Below, piece after piece: positions 48,890-58,144 of a stretch of DNA of 64,000 nt. Position numbers and translations under genes: made by a program. The stretch's first letter is position 1. Every line of letters starts with the position of its first letter. Where the stretch lies: sequence record NC_016571.1. One strand, 5' to 3'. The notes beneath the pieces were generated by a model that saw only the letters and a list, made by a program, of their open reading frames with translations, was not told the DNA's origin and ran no database searches.

Positions 48890-50581
48890 ATGGATCCGCA
48901 ACTGCTCAAAAAGGTCAGGCGTGACCGTGGTGGCTTTACCCCAGAGCTTACAGATGGATGGCACAAGAAGGACATGGACAAAATTGCACCTCACTATGAG
49001 AAGTGCCTTGAGAACATGTTCCGATCTCTTCAGGAGAAGGGCTATTACTTTGATGGGATCGAAGAGGTTTGTCCTCTGGAATTCTACAATCAGATCACTC
49101 GATCTAGTAGTAGCGGTACCAAAGACTTTGAAATCGCTAAGAACAGTTTCTTTGGGGTTCGTATCAAGAACCACTTTAAAGATCCAGTTACTGGTGTAGA
49201 GTCAGAATTGAAATCCCCGCTGATCTTCCTGGCTTATACTAATAAGCACGGTGATCTGTATACACGTAACAGCACGTATTCACTTCAGTATGTTTTATCT
49301 GAACGTGGTCCTTCTGTTGATGGTGGTCGTGATAAAACCATCTTCATCCGTGTACTGGGATATAAGTTCAAAGTAACCAAAGAGATTCACACTTTCAACC
49401 GTGTGTTCCGTACGGGTAATAAAGTCCAAACTGGTGCGATCAATATGACGCTTCCGGCAAACCGCTTTTATAACTCCCGTAATGATCGTAAGATCACAAG
49501 TAAGAAAGTACCAATTCCATTGCTGGCTTGGTATGTGTTTGGGAAATATGGTTTTGATCATTGCATGAAGGAATTTGCTGAGTGCGATTACATGATCGAT
49601 ACCTTGGACACATTACTGTCTATCTGCCCTGAAGATGATGGGTGGCAAATCTTCTCTAACACACAGTCTATCCATCCGAAAGCGTTCGATCGTCCAAAGG
49701 GCACTCCTCTGTTAGAGGAACCGGCTATCGCGATCAAGACGCGTAATAAAGGTGGTGAAGTAAGTAACCTGGCTTTACAGTACTCTGCTGGACTGTTGTT
49801 CATGTTTGGTGTATTCAGTCATGAACTGGATATCCGTCGACTGGATGACATTAACTATTGGCGTTGGATCATCGGCCGGTGTTCTATTCGTCTCCCAGCA
49901 AAAACAGCACCTGATGTGTATCTTCGTCAAATGAACGAACACTTCAGTTCTGTTGAAGAGTATGCTGATGATATTACCATCGATAAGTATAACAAGTTCG
50001 ACATCGAAGTTAAATCGACGTATGACCTGTTAAACTACTTGATGCTCAATTACTCTGCACTGATCAAACTGTACAACCCTGCTGATATGCTCCACAAAGA
50101 GCTAGCATCAATGGAGTTCCTTCTGGACTTCCTGATTCACCAGGCGAACGACTTTAAGTTCATGATCCGTAACAAGAGTAATATCACACCGAAGATTATC
50201 AACCGTGAACTAGACGCTCATTTCCGTCTGTTCAATATGGATAAGTCGGTACGTGAAAACAATACCATCTTAGAACAAACCGGCACTGATAACCCGTTCA
50301 TTGACTATGGACTGGGGATCATTCTTCAGACTAAGTCTACGGTAAACCGTGGACCAGGTAAAAAGAAAGAAGAATTCGATCCGAACCACCCTGGCAGCGT
50401 TATTGATGCTTCCCAGCCATTTGTGTGTTCGTATCAGTATAGTACAAAACCAAACCCAGATAGTCGTGGGATGTTACAACCTCGGGTGTGTCTCGTGCAG
50501 GGTAAGTATACCTCACTCCATCCCGAGGATCGGGAGGACTACGAGGCACTAAAACATCGTCTTAAGTTTAGAGAGAGTTAA
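48890..50581 (+). CDS. rpoB: Non-virion RNA polymerase beta subunit, N-terminal part (phiKZ gp123-like)
   Basis: IFLAYTNKHGDLYTRNSTYSLQYVLSERGPSV (cf. IPLMT.[23 protein letters not shown]); DASQPFVCSYQYSTKPNPDSRG (cf. HYGRVCPIETPEGPNIG). Confidence 0.85.
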   Translation: MDPQLLKKVRRDRGGFTPELTDGWHKKDMDKIAPHYEKCLENMFRSLQEKGYYFDGIEEVCPLEFYNQITRSSSSGTKDFEIAKNSFFGVRIKNHFKDPVTGVESELKSPLIFLAYTNKHGDLYTRNSTYSLQYVLSERGPSVDGGRDKTIFIRVLGYKFKVTKEIHTFNRVFRTGNKVQTGAINMTLPANRFYNSRNDRKITSKKVPIPLLAWYVFGKYGFDHCMKEFAECDYMIDTLDTLLSICPEDDGWQIFSNTQSIHPKAFDRPKGTPLLEEPAIAIKTRNKGGEVSNLALQYSAGLLFMFGVFSHELDIRRLDDINYWRWIIGRCSIRLPAKTAPDVYLRQMNEHFSSVEEYADDITIDKYNKFDIEVKSTYDLLNYLMLNYSALIKLYNPADMLHKELASMEFLLDFLIHQANDFKFMIRNKSNITPKIINRELDAHFRLFNMDKSVRENNTILEQTGTDNPFIDYGLGIILQTKSTVNRGPGKKKEEFDPNHPGSVIDASQPFVCSYQYSTKPNPDSRGMLQPRVCLVQGKYTSLHPEDREDYEALKHRLKFRES

Positions 50582-50586
50582 AATAA

Positions 50587-53010
50587 ATGTCAGCGAACAA
50601 TGGGTCACGTGTATTAACTGGTAACCGTCAAAATCCACAACAACCAGGCGGTTTAGGAAATAATCAGCAACAAGGGAACCAGAACCAGACCGCTCAGAAT
50701 AACCCTATGGCGGGGTTGGCCGCAATGGCTCAGCGTTTGAGTGGAAATATCAACGGCCAATCTAACGGGACAAGTGGTCTCTATAACGTTGGTCCATCTC
50801 GCACTAACTTCTCTTCTCTGTTGTGTCTTGATGATACAATGGCTGAAGAACAACTGAAAGCCCAAGCTATTCAGGAAGGCGGTACATTAGCTAACCAACT
50901 TGTTATGCTCTGTGCTCGCCGTATTATCGCTAACCCGTACTTCAAAGTGTGGCGAGCTGCTTTAGAGCGCTTTAAGTCACCTAAGAAGGGAATGCCTCCA
51001 GAAGCAAACCTGGTTGAGTTCGTTAACGAAATCGACAGTAACCAGAACCTGTATAACTTTATCCTGGTTAACGCCGGTATTCAGTTGGGTTCTGTATTTG
51101 CGCAATTCATGGCAAGTGGTGATGAACGTATTCGTCAGCAACGCGATATCCTGGAACAGTGCTGGTATCAGTGTTGTGTTGATACCATTTATCTTCAGTA
51201 TTATGATTTTCTCGGTAACCATCCTGATGGTGCTCAGATTTATTATCGCTGCTCTCCATTAGTGAAAGAAGTATTGATGGAGTTGGAACCGAAGGTATTT
51301 GAATTAGCACAATCTCGTTTCACTTTTGCTGGACAGCAATGTCCATGGCGTAAAGGTCAGTTAAGTGCAATGCAACAACGCAGTGTGGTTGATAACCCAT
51401 TACTGAATGGGGTAACTAACTTCGTTGATATGGGTATGCAGGGAACTTACTTCGATCCTAACTGGAACCCGTCTACAACGGCTCCGGCTAATACGGATCA
51501 AGATGGTATGCGTAAACTGCAAGAGTATGTGCAGCGCACAGCAAACCAGGTTAAGAACGGAACCTATGGTTCTTATGTTAATAACCCGTCCATGCAAACT
51601 GAAAACTATCCACCACAGGTAACGTATGGTGATCATGATAAACCTGAGCTGTCTCTCGAGAACATTACTCGCGAGAACCGTCATCAGTATCTGATCAGCA
51701 AGTATGCGACTAATATCCCGGGTACAGATTGGTATGTAATGCCGGAGCAGTATGTCCGCTTGATTATGCCGACTATGGTCATGGATGATGGAATACCATT
51801 CCGTCTACGCGATACACGTTGCCTGGGTTGTCAGGTTATTTATCGTATTAACTGGCAGGAAGGAACATTCAACTTCCGTTTAGTGAAACACAATCTTCAG
51901 GACCTTGATATCATGTCCGCTCTGATTAGCGATCCGTCAAAGTTACTGCCGTTCATGTATGAAGAAGATGGTATTCAGAAAACTACGTTCGATCCGACCG
52001 TATATGAAACCAACAAATTCGAAAACGATGGCAAGATTTATCCTGTTGGTGAAGTGAAAGACCTGGAGAAAGAACCTGATATCCTGGTTGGTAGCAAACC
52101 AATGAAAGCAAACCTGGGTAACGAAGAGACTGTTAACCGTCTTAACGTTTACACCAAAACTTATGACCCTCAGAACAAACTGGATGCATTCGTTCTGCCA
52201 ATGGTTATGACCCGTGAATGGAAAATGGAATCCAATGTTGATATGGATCGTTTCTATTCTGATTTCGGTATGATGGTCCACGGTAACACTTATGAACTGA
52301 CAGACACTGCTCGTGTTCTTCGTGCTATCCGTGCTGCTGATTCCGAGTGTGATTCTGAGGAGTTCCGTTCTTTCGTTAAACCATATATGACCAACCTGGT
52401 AAACCGTTGGTTAGTAGAATGCCGTGGTTATGCAGAAACCCGTACAGAAGCTCAAGAAGCTAATGGACAACTGTCTTATCTGAAAGTCGGCGATATCTTT
52501 GCTGACCTCGAAGATCTGATTGAACATCTGCGTGATCAAGACCTTCCAACACTGCGTGCCTTCATGGACTACAAAACCAATACGTTTATGCGTTATGGTA
52601 TTGAAGTGCTGGTACCGCGTGAAGAAGTGAAGAAAGAGTTCGAAGAGAAGTTTTCTAAGGAAGAAGATACGATCATGCGTAATGCGTTGATCGCGACTGG
52701 TGAGACCACCATTATCATTAGTCGTAATACTGTATTCTTCAACGTTCGTAAACTGATCGGTCCTCGTACTCCTGAAGCTGTGGTATTGAAACATTCTGGT
52801 AACCCTGAGATCTTCGCTATCGTTAAGAAAGCATTGAGTGTTTCTCGTAAACACTTCAAAGATCATCCTCAGGTATTGATTAAGTTCGATACCGATGAAG
52901 GTAATAAAGTTTGGGTAGCTACTCGCTCTGACTTTGACCCGGAGAATGTATTCGTATTACGTGCCCTTGATGGTGGCGTAGATTACACTCATGCCTGGCC
53001 AATGATCTAA
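50587..53010 (+). CDS. Large hypothetical protein with Q/N/G-rich N-terminus
   Basis: 807 aa, 5 nt after nvRNAP beta-N. Confidence 0.8.
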   Translation: MSANNGSRVLTGNRQNPQQPGGLGNNQQQGNQNQTAQNNPMAGLAAMAQRLSGNINGQSNGTSGLYNVGPSRTNFSSLLCLDDTMAEEQLKAQAIQEGGTLANQLVMLCARRIIANPYFKVWRAALERFKSPKKGMPPEANLVEFVNEIDSNQNLYNFILVNAGIQLGSVFAQFMASGDERIRQQRDILEQCWYQCCVDTIYLQYYDFLGNHPDGAQIYYRCSPLVKEVLMELEPKVFELAQSRFTFAGQQCPWRKGQLSAMQQRSVVDNPLLNGVTNFVDMGMQGTYFDPNWNPSTTAPANTDQDGMRKLQEYVQRTANQVKNGTYGSYVNNPSMQTENYPPQVTYGDHDKPELSLENITRENRHQYLISKYATNIPGTDWYVMPEQYVRLIMPTMVMDDGIPFRLRDTRCLGCQVIYRINWQEGTFNFRLVKHNLQDLDIMSALISDPSKLLPFMYEEDGIQKTTFDPTVYETNKFENDGKIYPVGEVKDLEKEPDILVGSKPMKANLGNEETVNRLNVYTKTYDPQNKLDAFVLPMVMTREWKMESNVDMDRFYSDFGMMVHGNTYELTDTARVLRAIRAADSECDSEEFRSFVKPYMTNLVNRWLVECRGYAETRTEAQEANGQLSYLKVGDIFADLEDLIEHLRDQDLPTLRAFMDYKTNTFMRYGIEVLVPREEVKKEFEEKFSKEEDTIMRNALIATGETTIIISRNTVFFNVRKLIGPRTPEAVVLKHSGNPEIFAIVKKALSVSRKHFKDHPQVLIKFDTDEGNKVWVATRSDFDPENVFVLRALDGGVDYTHAWPMI

Positions 53011-53033
53011 GTGATCGACTTGATATAAGTTAA

Positions 53034-53065
53034 AGAGAGAATCGGGCTTAGGCTCGGTTCTCTCT
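53034..53065 (+). terminator. Hairpin AGAGAGAATCGGGC-TTAG-GCTCGGTTCTCTCT
   Basis: 14-bp stem with G-U pairs after the stop codon. Confidence 0.7.
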
Positions 53066-53184
53066 AATGCTTGTGTATGTCTCTGTAGTGCCTTTTATTA
53101 TGTATTCGAGTACTTATTCATTTATATACTAAAAGACGCTCATAAGCTCTTTTATAAACAATTTAACCATGTATAGGACTACTA

Positions 53185-53412
53185 ATGAAAACCTTTACCA
53201 CTTCCATTCTTGTACCTGCTAAACTGAAAGCCGAATTGAACGTTATGCAGCAAATGGAAATGAGTCGTAAGCTCGCTACCAAGAACATCCCAATTTCTGA
53301 TGATCTCGGTACAGGTGCTTTAGACGATTTAGTTGATGGCGACGAATTCGTTCTGATCGTCAATGGTGAACATGAAAAACATCACCTACAAAATGAAAGT
53401 GTGTGGACATAG
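53185..53412 (+). CDS. Hypothetical protein (possible N-terminal half of a frameshifted gene)
   Basis: AGGA SD; overlaps an SD-less downstream ORF by 50 nt. Confidence 0.6.
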   Translation: MKTFTTSILVPAKLKAELNVMQQMEMSRKLATKNIPISDDLGTGALDDLVDGDEFVLIVNGEHEKHHLQNESVWT

Positions 53413-53617
53413 TGTTGGTCGTCCTCGTTTAATGATGATTGAGCCAGAAATGCCAGAGGTTAAACGTTTCCTCAGCTGGCGCATCGATCCAACGAAACTC
53501 ATGGTGCAGAAAAGCCGCACTCAGTTCCAATTGCGTAACTTCACTACTGAAGATCTCCGCCGTTTAATTCGTTCAGCCTACGCTATGGGTGAACGTCATC
53601 ATGTTAAATACCGTTAA
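53363..53617 (+). CDS. Hypothetical protein (possible C-terminal half of a frameshifted gene)
   Basis: No well-spaced SD at ATG 53363, 53372 or 53393. Confidence 0.5.
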   Translation: MVNMKNITYKMKVCGHSVGRPRLMMIEPEMPEVKRFLSWRIDPTKLMVQKSRTQFQLRNFTTEDLRRLIRSAYAMGERHHVKYR

Positions 53618-53629
53618 GGAAAGAGAATA

Positions 53630-53818
53630 ATGTCCGGTCCTGAAGATTTCGAAGATTACCTAGCAGCAAACCCTAACGCATCTTACTCAGAACTCCAATC
53701 TAAGATGGAAGAGATTCTGAATACCGAAGGTGGTGATCGTGGGGAAATGGAAGAGATGCTTGATGAGCATTTCGAAGACTACCAATCAAGCCCTGAAGAT
53801 TTTGAGGATGAGTTATGA
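53630..53818 (+). CDS. Very acidic small protein (DNA-mimic candidate)
   Basis: 21 D/E versus 2 K/R in 62 aa; PEDFED at both ends; AAGGA SD. Confidence 0.65.
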   Translation: MSGPEDFEDYLAANPNASYSELQSKMEEILNTEGGDRGEMEEMLDEHFEDYQSSPEDFEDEL

Positions 53819-54408
53819 ATACGTCTACCACCAAAGTTAATTCCCTGTTTTACCCTAAGACTCTGGAAGACTTCTTCCATATCTTCCAAGTTCTCTGTGT
53901 GCATAACCAGGTCATGTACCGTGAAGAAGCATTACCAATCATTGCTGAAATCGACCATACTCATCATACAGAAACGGCACTGGCATTTGAGGGTAAACGT
54001 TTGGTTACTGTAATGGAACCAGTTCTTGCCATGATGCCTAAAGAACCTACGCGCACTAATCCTGGTGATCTTTCCCTTGGCTCAGGAGAGTCGTACAAAC
54101 TTATTCACTTGTACACCTTTGATGAGATATTTCACCCGGAACGAGTTGCTCCAAAAACCCCACTAGTAAAGGAAAAGGCAGAACGCCGAACTCCTATTAC
54201 AATGGAGCAGTTTACAGCGGCCGATAAACGTTCTCTTACACGTCCTGAATGGATCTGTGTTGAAGACTTTATCCACGCCGGTGGGTTTGGCTGGCGTTGT
54301 GCTTTGAAAACCCAGCATAGGCTGTGGGGAGTTTTCCCGGGCGGTATCATAGACCATATCAGAACAGGTCTGGATAAGCTCGGATATGACCATACCGAGT
54401 ATCTTTAA
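53815..54408 (+). CDS. Hypothetical protein
   Basis: ATGA coupling with the upstream gene; GAGGA SD. Confidence 0.75.
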   Translation: MNTSTTKVNSLFYPKTLEDFFHIFQVLCVHNQVMYREEALPIIAEIDHTHHTETALAFEGKRLVTVMEPVLAMMPKEPTRTNPGDLSLGSGESYKLIHLYTFDEIFHPERVAPKTPLVKEKAERRTPITMEQFTAADKRSLTRPEWICVEDFIHAGGFGWRCALKTQHRLWGVFPGGIIDHIRTGLDKLGYDHTEYL

Positions 54409-54469
54409 AATAACCGTGGGGTATATGAGGACCTCTTATAAAGCCCCTAATTTCATTTGAAAGTAAACT

Positions 54470-54500
54470 CAGACCTATATTACCTAAGTGTAAATACAAA
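54470..54500 (+). promoter_or_regulatory. Putative early promoter, TATATTAC / ATATTA-N6-TGTA
   Basis: CAGACCT-ATATTA-CCTAAG-TGTA; contains the phiKZ-type TATTAC exactly. Confidence 0.6.
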
Positions 54501-54530
54501 CAGTATTAACTAACTTAAAAGGATTCCGCT

Positions 54531-55166
54531 ATGACGCGCCATCACAAATACTTAGGTTCCGACTCTAAGCCTGTAGAGGCTGTTGAAGCGGAATCAATCG
54601 AAGCAGTACAATCAACCATCAATCCAAGTGTAGAGGAAATTACCATGACTAACGTTAACCTGAACAACGAAGCAGCAATCGACGCAAACGTAGTAGACGA
54701 AGCAACAGTAGTTGAAACTGAAGCAACTGAAACCCTGCGCGATATCGCAGCAGTAAAACAATCTGGCGGGTTCCGTAAAGGTTCCGTAGCGTATGCAGGT
54801 ATTCTGTCCGGTGCGATCTCGGCCATCGCTATGGTACTGGCTCGTTCAGCAAGCGATGATGTCAAGCTGAGCAAAATGGATATCCTGAAACGCACTGCTG
54901 CGACTACAGCTGCTGCAACCACAATCCAGGCTGGCGTGCAGCTGGCTGCTAAACGCGTTAACAACAACTCAACAGCTTCTTATGTAACTGCCCATCTGGT
55001 CGGTTGTGTAACAGCTCCGGTTGCAATGCGCGCTATGGTAGCTTCTGGGTTTGGTGCTGAAGGTTATAAAGAGCACGGTACAACTGAATCAGAAATGCTG
55101 GCTGGCGTATCTGGTCCGGAAGTATTCGATGCAGTTGAATCAGCTCCAGTAGTTAACGAACTGTAA
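54531..55166 (+). CDS. Putative early membrane-associated protein with two SD-preceded starts (54531, 54645)
   Basis: Hydrophobic segments SVAYAGILSGAISAIAMVLA and VTAHLVGCVTAPVAMRAMVA; own promoter and terminator. Confidence 0.65.
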   Translation: MTRHHKYLGSDSKPVEAVEAESIEAVQSTINPSVEEITMTNVNLNNEAAIDANVVDEATVVETEATETLRDIAAVKQSGGFRKGSVAYAGILSGAISAIAMVLARSASDDVKLSKMDILKRTAATTAAATTIQAGVQLAAKRVNNNSTASYVTAHLVGCVTAPVAMRAMVASGFGAEGYKEHGTTESEMLAGVSGPEVFDAVESAPVVNEL

Positions 55167-55167
55167 A

Positions 55168-55212
55168 GACATAACTCCTACTCACCGTAATGGTGAGTAG
55201 GAGTATACGTTT
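55168..55212. terminator. Bidirectional hairpin
   Basis: ACATA-ACTCCTACTCACC-GTAAT-GGTGAGTAGGAGT between convergent genes. Confidence 0.85.
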
Positions 55213-55230
55213 AGTTACTTATTTTTTTTG

Positions 55231-58116
55231 TTAGCTGGTCCAAAGGTCATCACCGCCACCTTTAAGATCATCGCCTAACCCATTATCGGTTTGGACTTGT
55301 TCAACACCTTCTTCCTTAGGTGTACCATCGTCATTAAAGTTCTCAACGATAGTTTCATTACCTGGTTGTTCCGCATCCAAGTTTTCATTGAACATGTCGT
55401 CACTAGGTTTCTGAGGAACTAACCCATCGCCATTTTCATTGGTCAGGAAACTTTGTTCTTGAGGCTCAAGTGAATTCAAAGAGTCATTGTTTTCCTTTTC
55501 AATTTTATCTTTGAGCTTCTCAGCTTTAACATCACCCTTCTTAGTTCCTTTATGCCATTCGGTAAGGAACTTAACAACGTTCAGATCAAGATCGGTTACA
55601 CGAGAAATGTATGTCAACATACCACCCGCATTACCGTTGCTCAGAATCTGTTCAAACGGCATTGGTAAGTTATACCGTTCGAATGCTTCAGTCAGAAGTA
55701 CGCCTTTCATAGTCCCAATGATATTCTCACCATCCAGACCAATCTCTTCAGCACGTTTCTGCAACATCTCGACACCGCCACCCATGGTAGTCCAGACTTC
55801 AACCAGTTTCTCAACAGCTTCAATCTTGTCTTCCAGTTTAAGCAGGCTGTCTGTAATGGCGGGGGTAGGAAGAGTAACGAAGAAACTATTTAAGAAGTCT
55901 TTAAGGACTAACTCGATAGCTTCCATATCTTCTACTTCTACTTCTTCAGCACCGTTGTTATTAATTTTCTCAGCGGCTTCTTCTTTAACTTCCAGCGCGC
56001 CAGTCTGATCGGGTTTCTCGTATAGGGATTTGTTCTCTCTGATAACTTCAACCAGTTCAGCAATCAGTGGTTCGTTAACACGCATATGTTTGCGCATGAT
56101 GTCAGTGAACCCACGAGAGAAAGTACGAGAATAATCCGTGGTTTGGTTACGCAACAGCTCTTGGTCAGCCAATGCTTCAATAGCAAAGTCATTACCATCA
56201 CCAGTGTCTTCCAGCCAGCTACGTTTCAGACCGAAGAAACCAGAGATGGTGTTCAACAGGTTTTCACGTAATGACGGATCAATACCTTTAAGTGATTCAC
56301 GTTCCATCTGACGTGCAGTGATGTCAGGGGTAATAGCGTATTTGTTATCGCTAGGGTTAACCTTGACAGTAACTGACTGCTCTTTAAAGCGGTCAAGTAC
56401 CGCATCAATAGAAACGTTATTATAACCTAAGATATCGTGAAGCGTTGGGTTAGCTGAGAAGTATTCATCACGAATCATCGCAATGGTATTACGGATATCA
56501 AAGTCTTCTTCTTCTGGTGTGATTTCCAACAGGGTATGAGAGATAGAGTTCTCAACCTGAGCAAGAGCATCAGCGGTATCCAGAACAGCCAGACGAGTGA
56601 TGTGTAATTTAGCTTCATCAACCAGTGAACGACCAACACCCAGACGAGAGAAGTCGATCGCAACGTAAGTTACGTACTCAGCAGGAACGAAGATAGCTCG
56701 AACACCCTGGTCACGTAAAGCACGCCCCAGATAGAGTTTCTTATTCTCTTCAGTTAAAGAGATACTCACATCTTTATGGAGATCACCATTGAGGAAACCT
56801 TCAATTAGTTCCTTCTCAAGTGTAGCAGATGAGAACTCTGCCATCCACGCCATGTCTTCGTTACATTCTTTACCCTCAGCCACAGTGCGGATATGGTTAA
56901 CGATTTCGTTAATCGAACCCATCTTAGGTTGAGTGGCTTCGCCAGCACCTTTGGCTTTCTGATAGAATTTAACGTCTGAAGTATTCTTCAGTGGTTCACC
57001 TGTTTCCGGATCCGTTAAAAGGATGAATCCAAATGGTTTACCAATCTCACCGTTAACGTGAACGGGGATACAACCTTCAGAAGGCCAATGATAACTGATG
57101 CCAACACCACGACCATTCCCAGAATAGAACTTACCTTTACGAACGGAAGTGGACTCATTGAGTTCATATTCACGGTCAGGGTAAAGTCCTTTAATCTCTT
57201 CTTCAAGAGTCTTCTTAGAAACAGCATTGATGTGGTTATTGTTAACCTTGTGACGTTTCCGAGGATCTTTACGGAATACTGAACGAATAGCCGAATCCAT
57301 GTCTTCCAGACCAGCCATCTTCTGCAAGCGGTCAGCACGCATACGTTGTGCTAACTCACCTACTTTCAGTACAAGTGGGTTATCCGTAAATGTCCACTTT
57401 AAACGATCATCAACGATGTTATATTCTGCTTCACGGTTACTGGATGGGTTGTAAATACTTTCAAAGCCTACGAAGCTACCTTTAGTTTCGCGAGTCTTAC
57501 GAATGTAACCCAAGTTCTTAGCACGGTCCCAACTGTTCCCAGTAAAGTGTTTAGCCAGTACAGCTTCTGCCTGAGACTTAAAGGATTCAGATCCATCTAC
57601 TTCCATCCCGTTAATGAGGTGGTCGAGGACGGAGTGTGAAAGAGAAACGTGTGCATAAGAGCCAGTACGGAATAGGACATCTTTAATAATTTGAGGGGCT
57701 AACTCTTCTACGGGGTATTTTGTTGTAAAGTAGTTTTCTACCTTTTGAATCAACATATCGTGCAGCTTGGCATTCTTGATATCTGATTGTTCAGTATCAT
57801 AAATGAATAGCTGACGCTGATCCCCGTTTGGTTTCAACAGAAGAGTTGTCCAGATTTGTTCAGCACGCTTGATGTAGTGAGTAATAGTACGCAGGTCAAC
57901 TGAAGCCTGGATATTATTACTGATTATGTCAGAAAGGTTCTTTACCTTAGCGACCGGTGGTTTAGTTTTGTTTTCTGCGTCTTTCTCATCCCTGATATTC
58001 TTATCTTTGACGAGTAAGGAACGCATGCTCTTATCAAGAGGAGATGGGTTATTTAACCGTCCCCTTACTTGAGTTCGATCAGTGGGCTTTATCCCTTTGG
58101 GTAAAGTAGAAGACAT
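55231..58116 (-). CDS. Probable portal protein (phiKZ gp129-like)
   Basis: Size, position divergent from a gp128-like gene and G-x-E sites (GSES, GFES, GLED). Assignment from recall of this family, not from a diagnostic motif. Confidence 0.6.
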   Translation of the reverse strand: MSSTLPKGIKPTDRTQVRGRLNNPSPLDKSMRSLLVKDKNIRDEKDAENKTKPPVAKVKNLSDIISNNIQASVDLRTITHYIKRAEQIWTTLLLKPNGDQRQLFIYDTEQSDIKNAKLHDMLIQKVENYFTTKYPVEELAPQIIKDVLFRTGSYAHVSLSHSVLDHLINGMEVDGSESFKSQAEAVLAKHFTGNSWDRAKNLGYIRKTRETKGSFVGFESIYNPSSNREAEYNIVDDRLKWTFTDNPLVLKVGELAQRMRADRLQKMAGLEDMDSAIRSVFRKDPRKRHKVNNNHINAVSKKTLEEEIKGLYPDREYELNESTSVRKGKFYSGNGRGVGISYHWPSEGCIPVHVNGEIGKPFGFILLTDPETGEPLKNTSDVKFYQKAKGAGEATQPKMGSINEIVNHIRTVAEGKECNEDMAWMAEFSSATLEKELIEGFLNGDLHKDVSISLTEENKKLYLGRALRDQGVRAIFVPAEYVTYVAIDFSRLGVGRSLVDEAKLHITRLAVLDTADALAQVENSISHTLLEITPEEEDFDIRNTIAMIRDEYFSANPTLHDILGYNNVSIDAVLDRFKEQSVTVKVNPSDNKYAITPDITARQMERESLKGIDPSLRENLLNTISGFFGLKRSWLEDTGDGNDFAIEALADQELLRNQTTDYSRTFSRGFTDIMRKHMRVNEPLIAELVEVIRENKSLYEKPDQTGALEVKEEAAEKINNNGAEEVEVEDMEAIELVLKDFLNSFFVTLPTPAITDSLLKLEDKIEAVEKLVEVWTTMGGGVEMLQKRAEEIGLDGENIIGTMKGVLLTEAFERYNLPMPFEQILSNGNAGGMLTYISRVTDLDLNVVKFLTEWHKGTKKGDVKAEKLKDKIEKENNDSLNSLEPQEQSFLTNENGDGLVPQKPSDDMFNENLDAEQPGNETIVENFNDDGTPKEEGVEQVQTDNGLGDDLKGGGDDLWTS

Positions 58117-58144
58117 TGACAGGGCTCTCCTTTAAGGAACCTTT

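Noticed and set aside
377-50581. Introns, inteins or homing endonucleases in RNAP, DNAP or helicase genes (seen in some relatives)
   Set aside because: The ORFs are continuous with expected motif spacing; no HNH, LAGLIDADG, GIY-YIG or intein-end signature was noticed.
54418-54448. Hairpin after 53815..54408
   Set aside because: The stem is poorly paired; not listed as a terminator.
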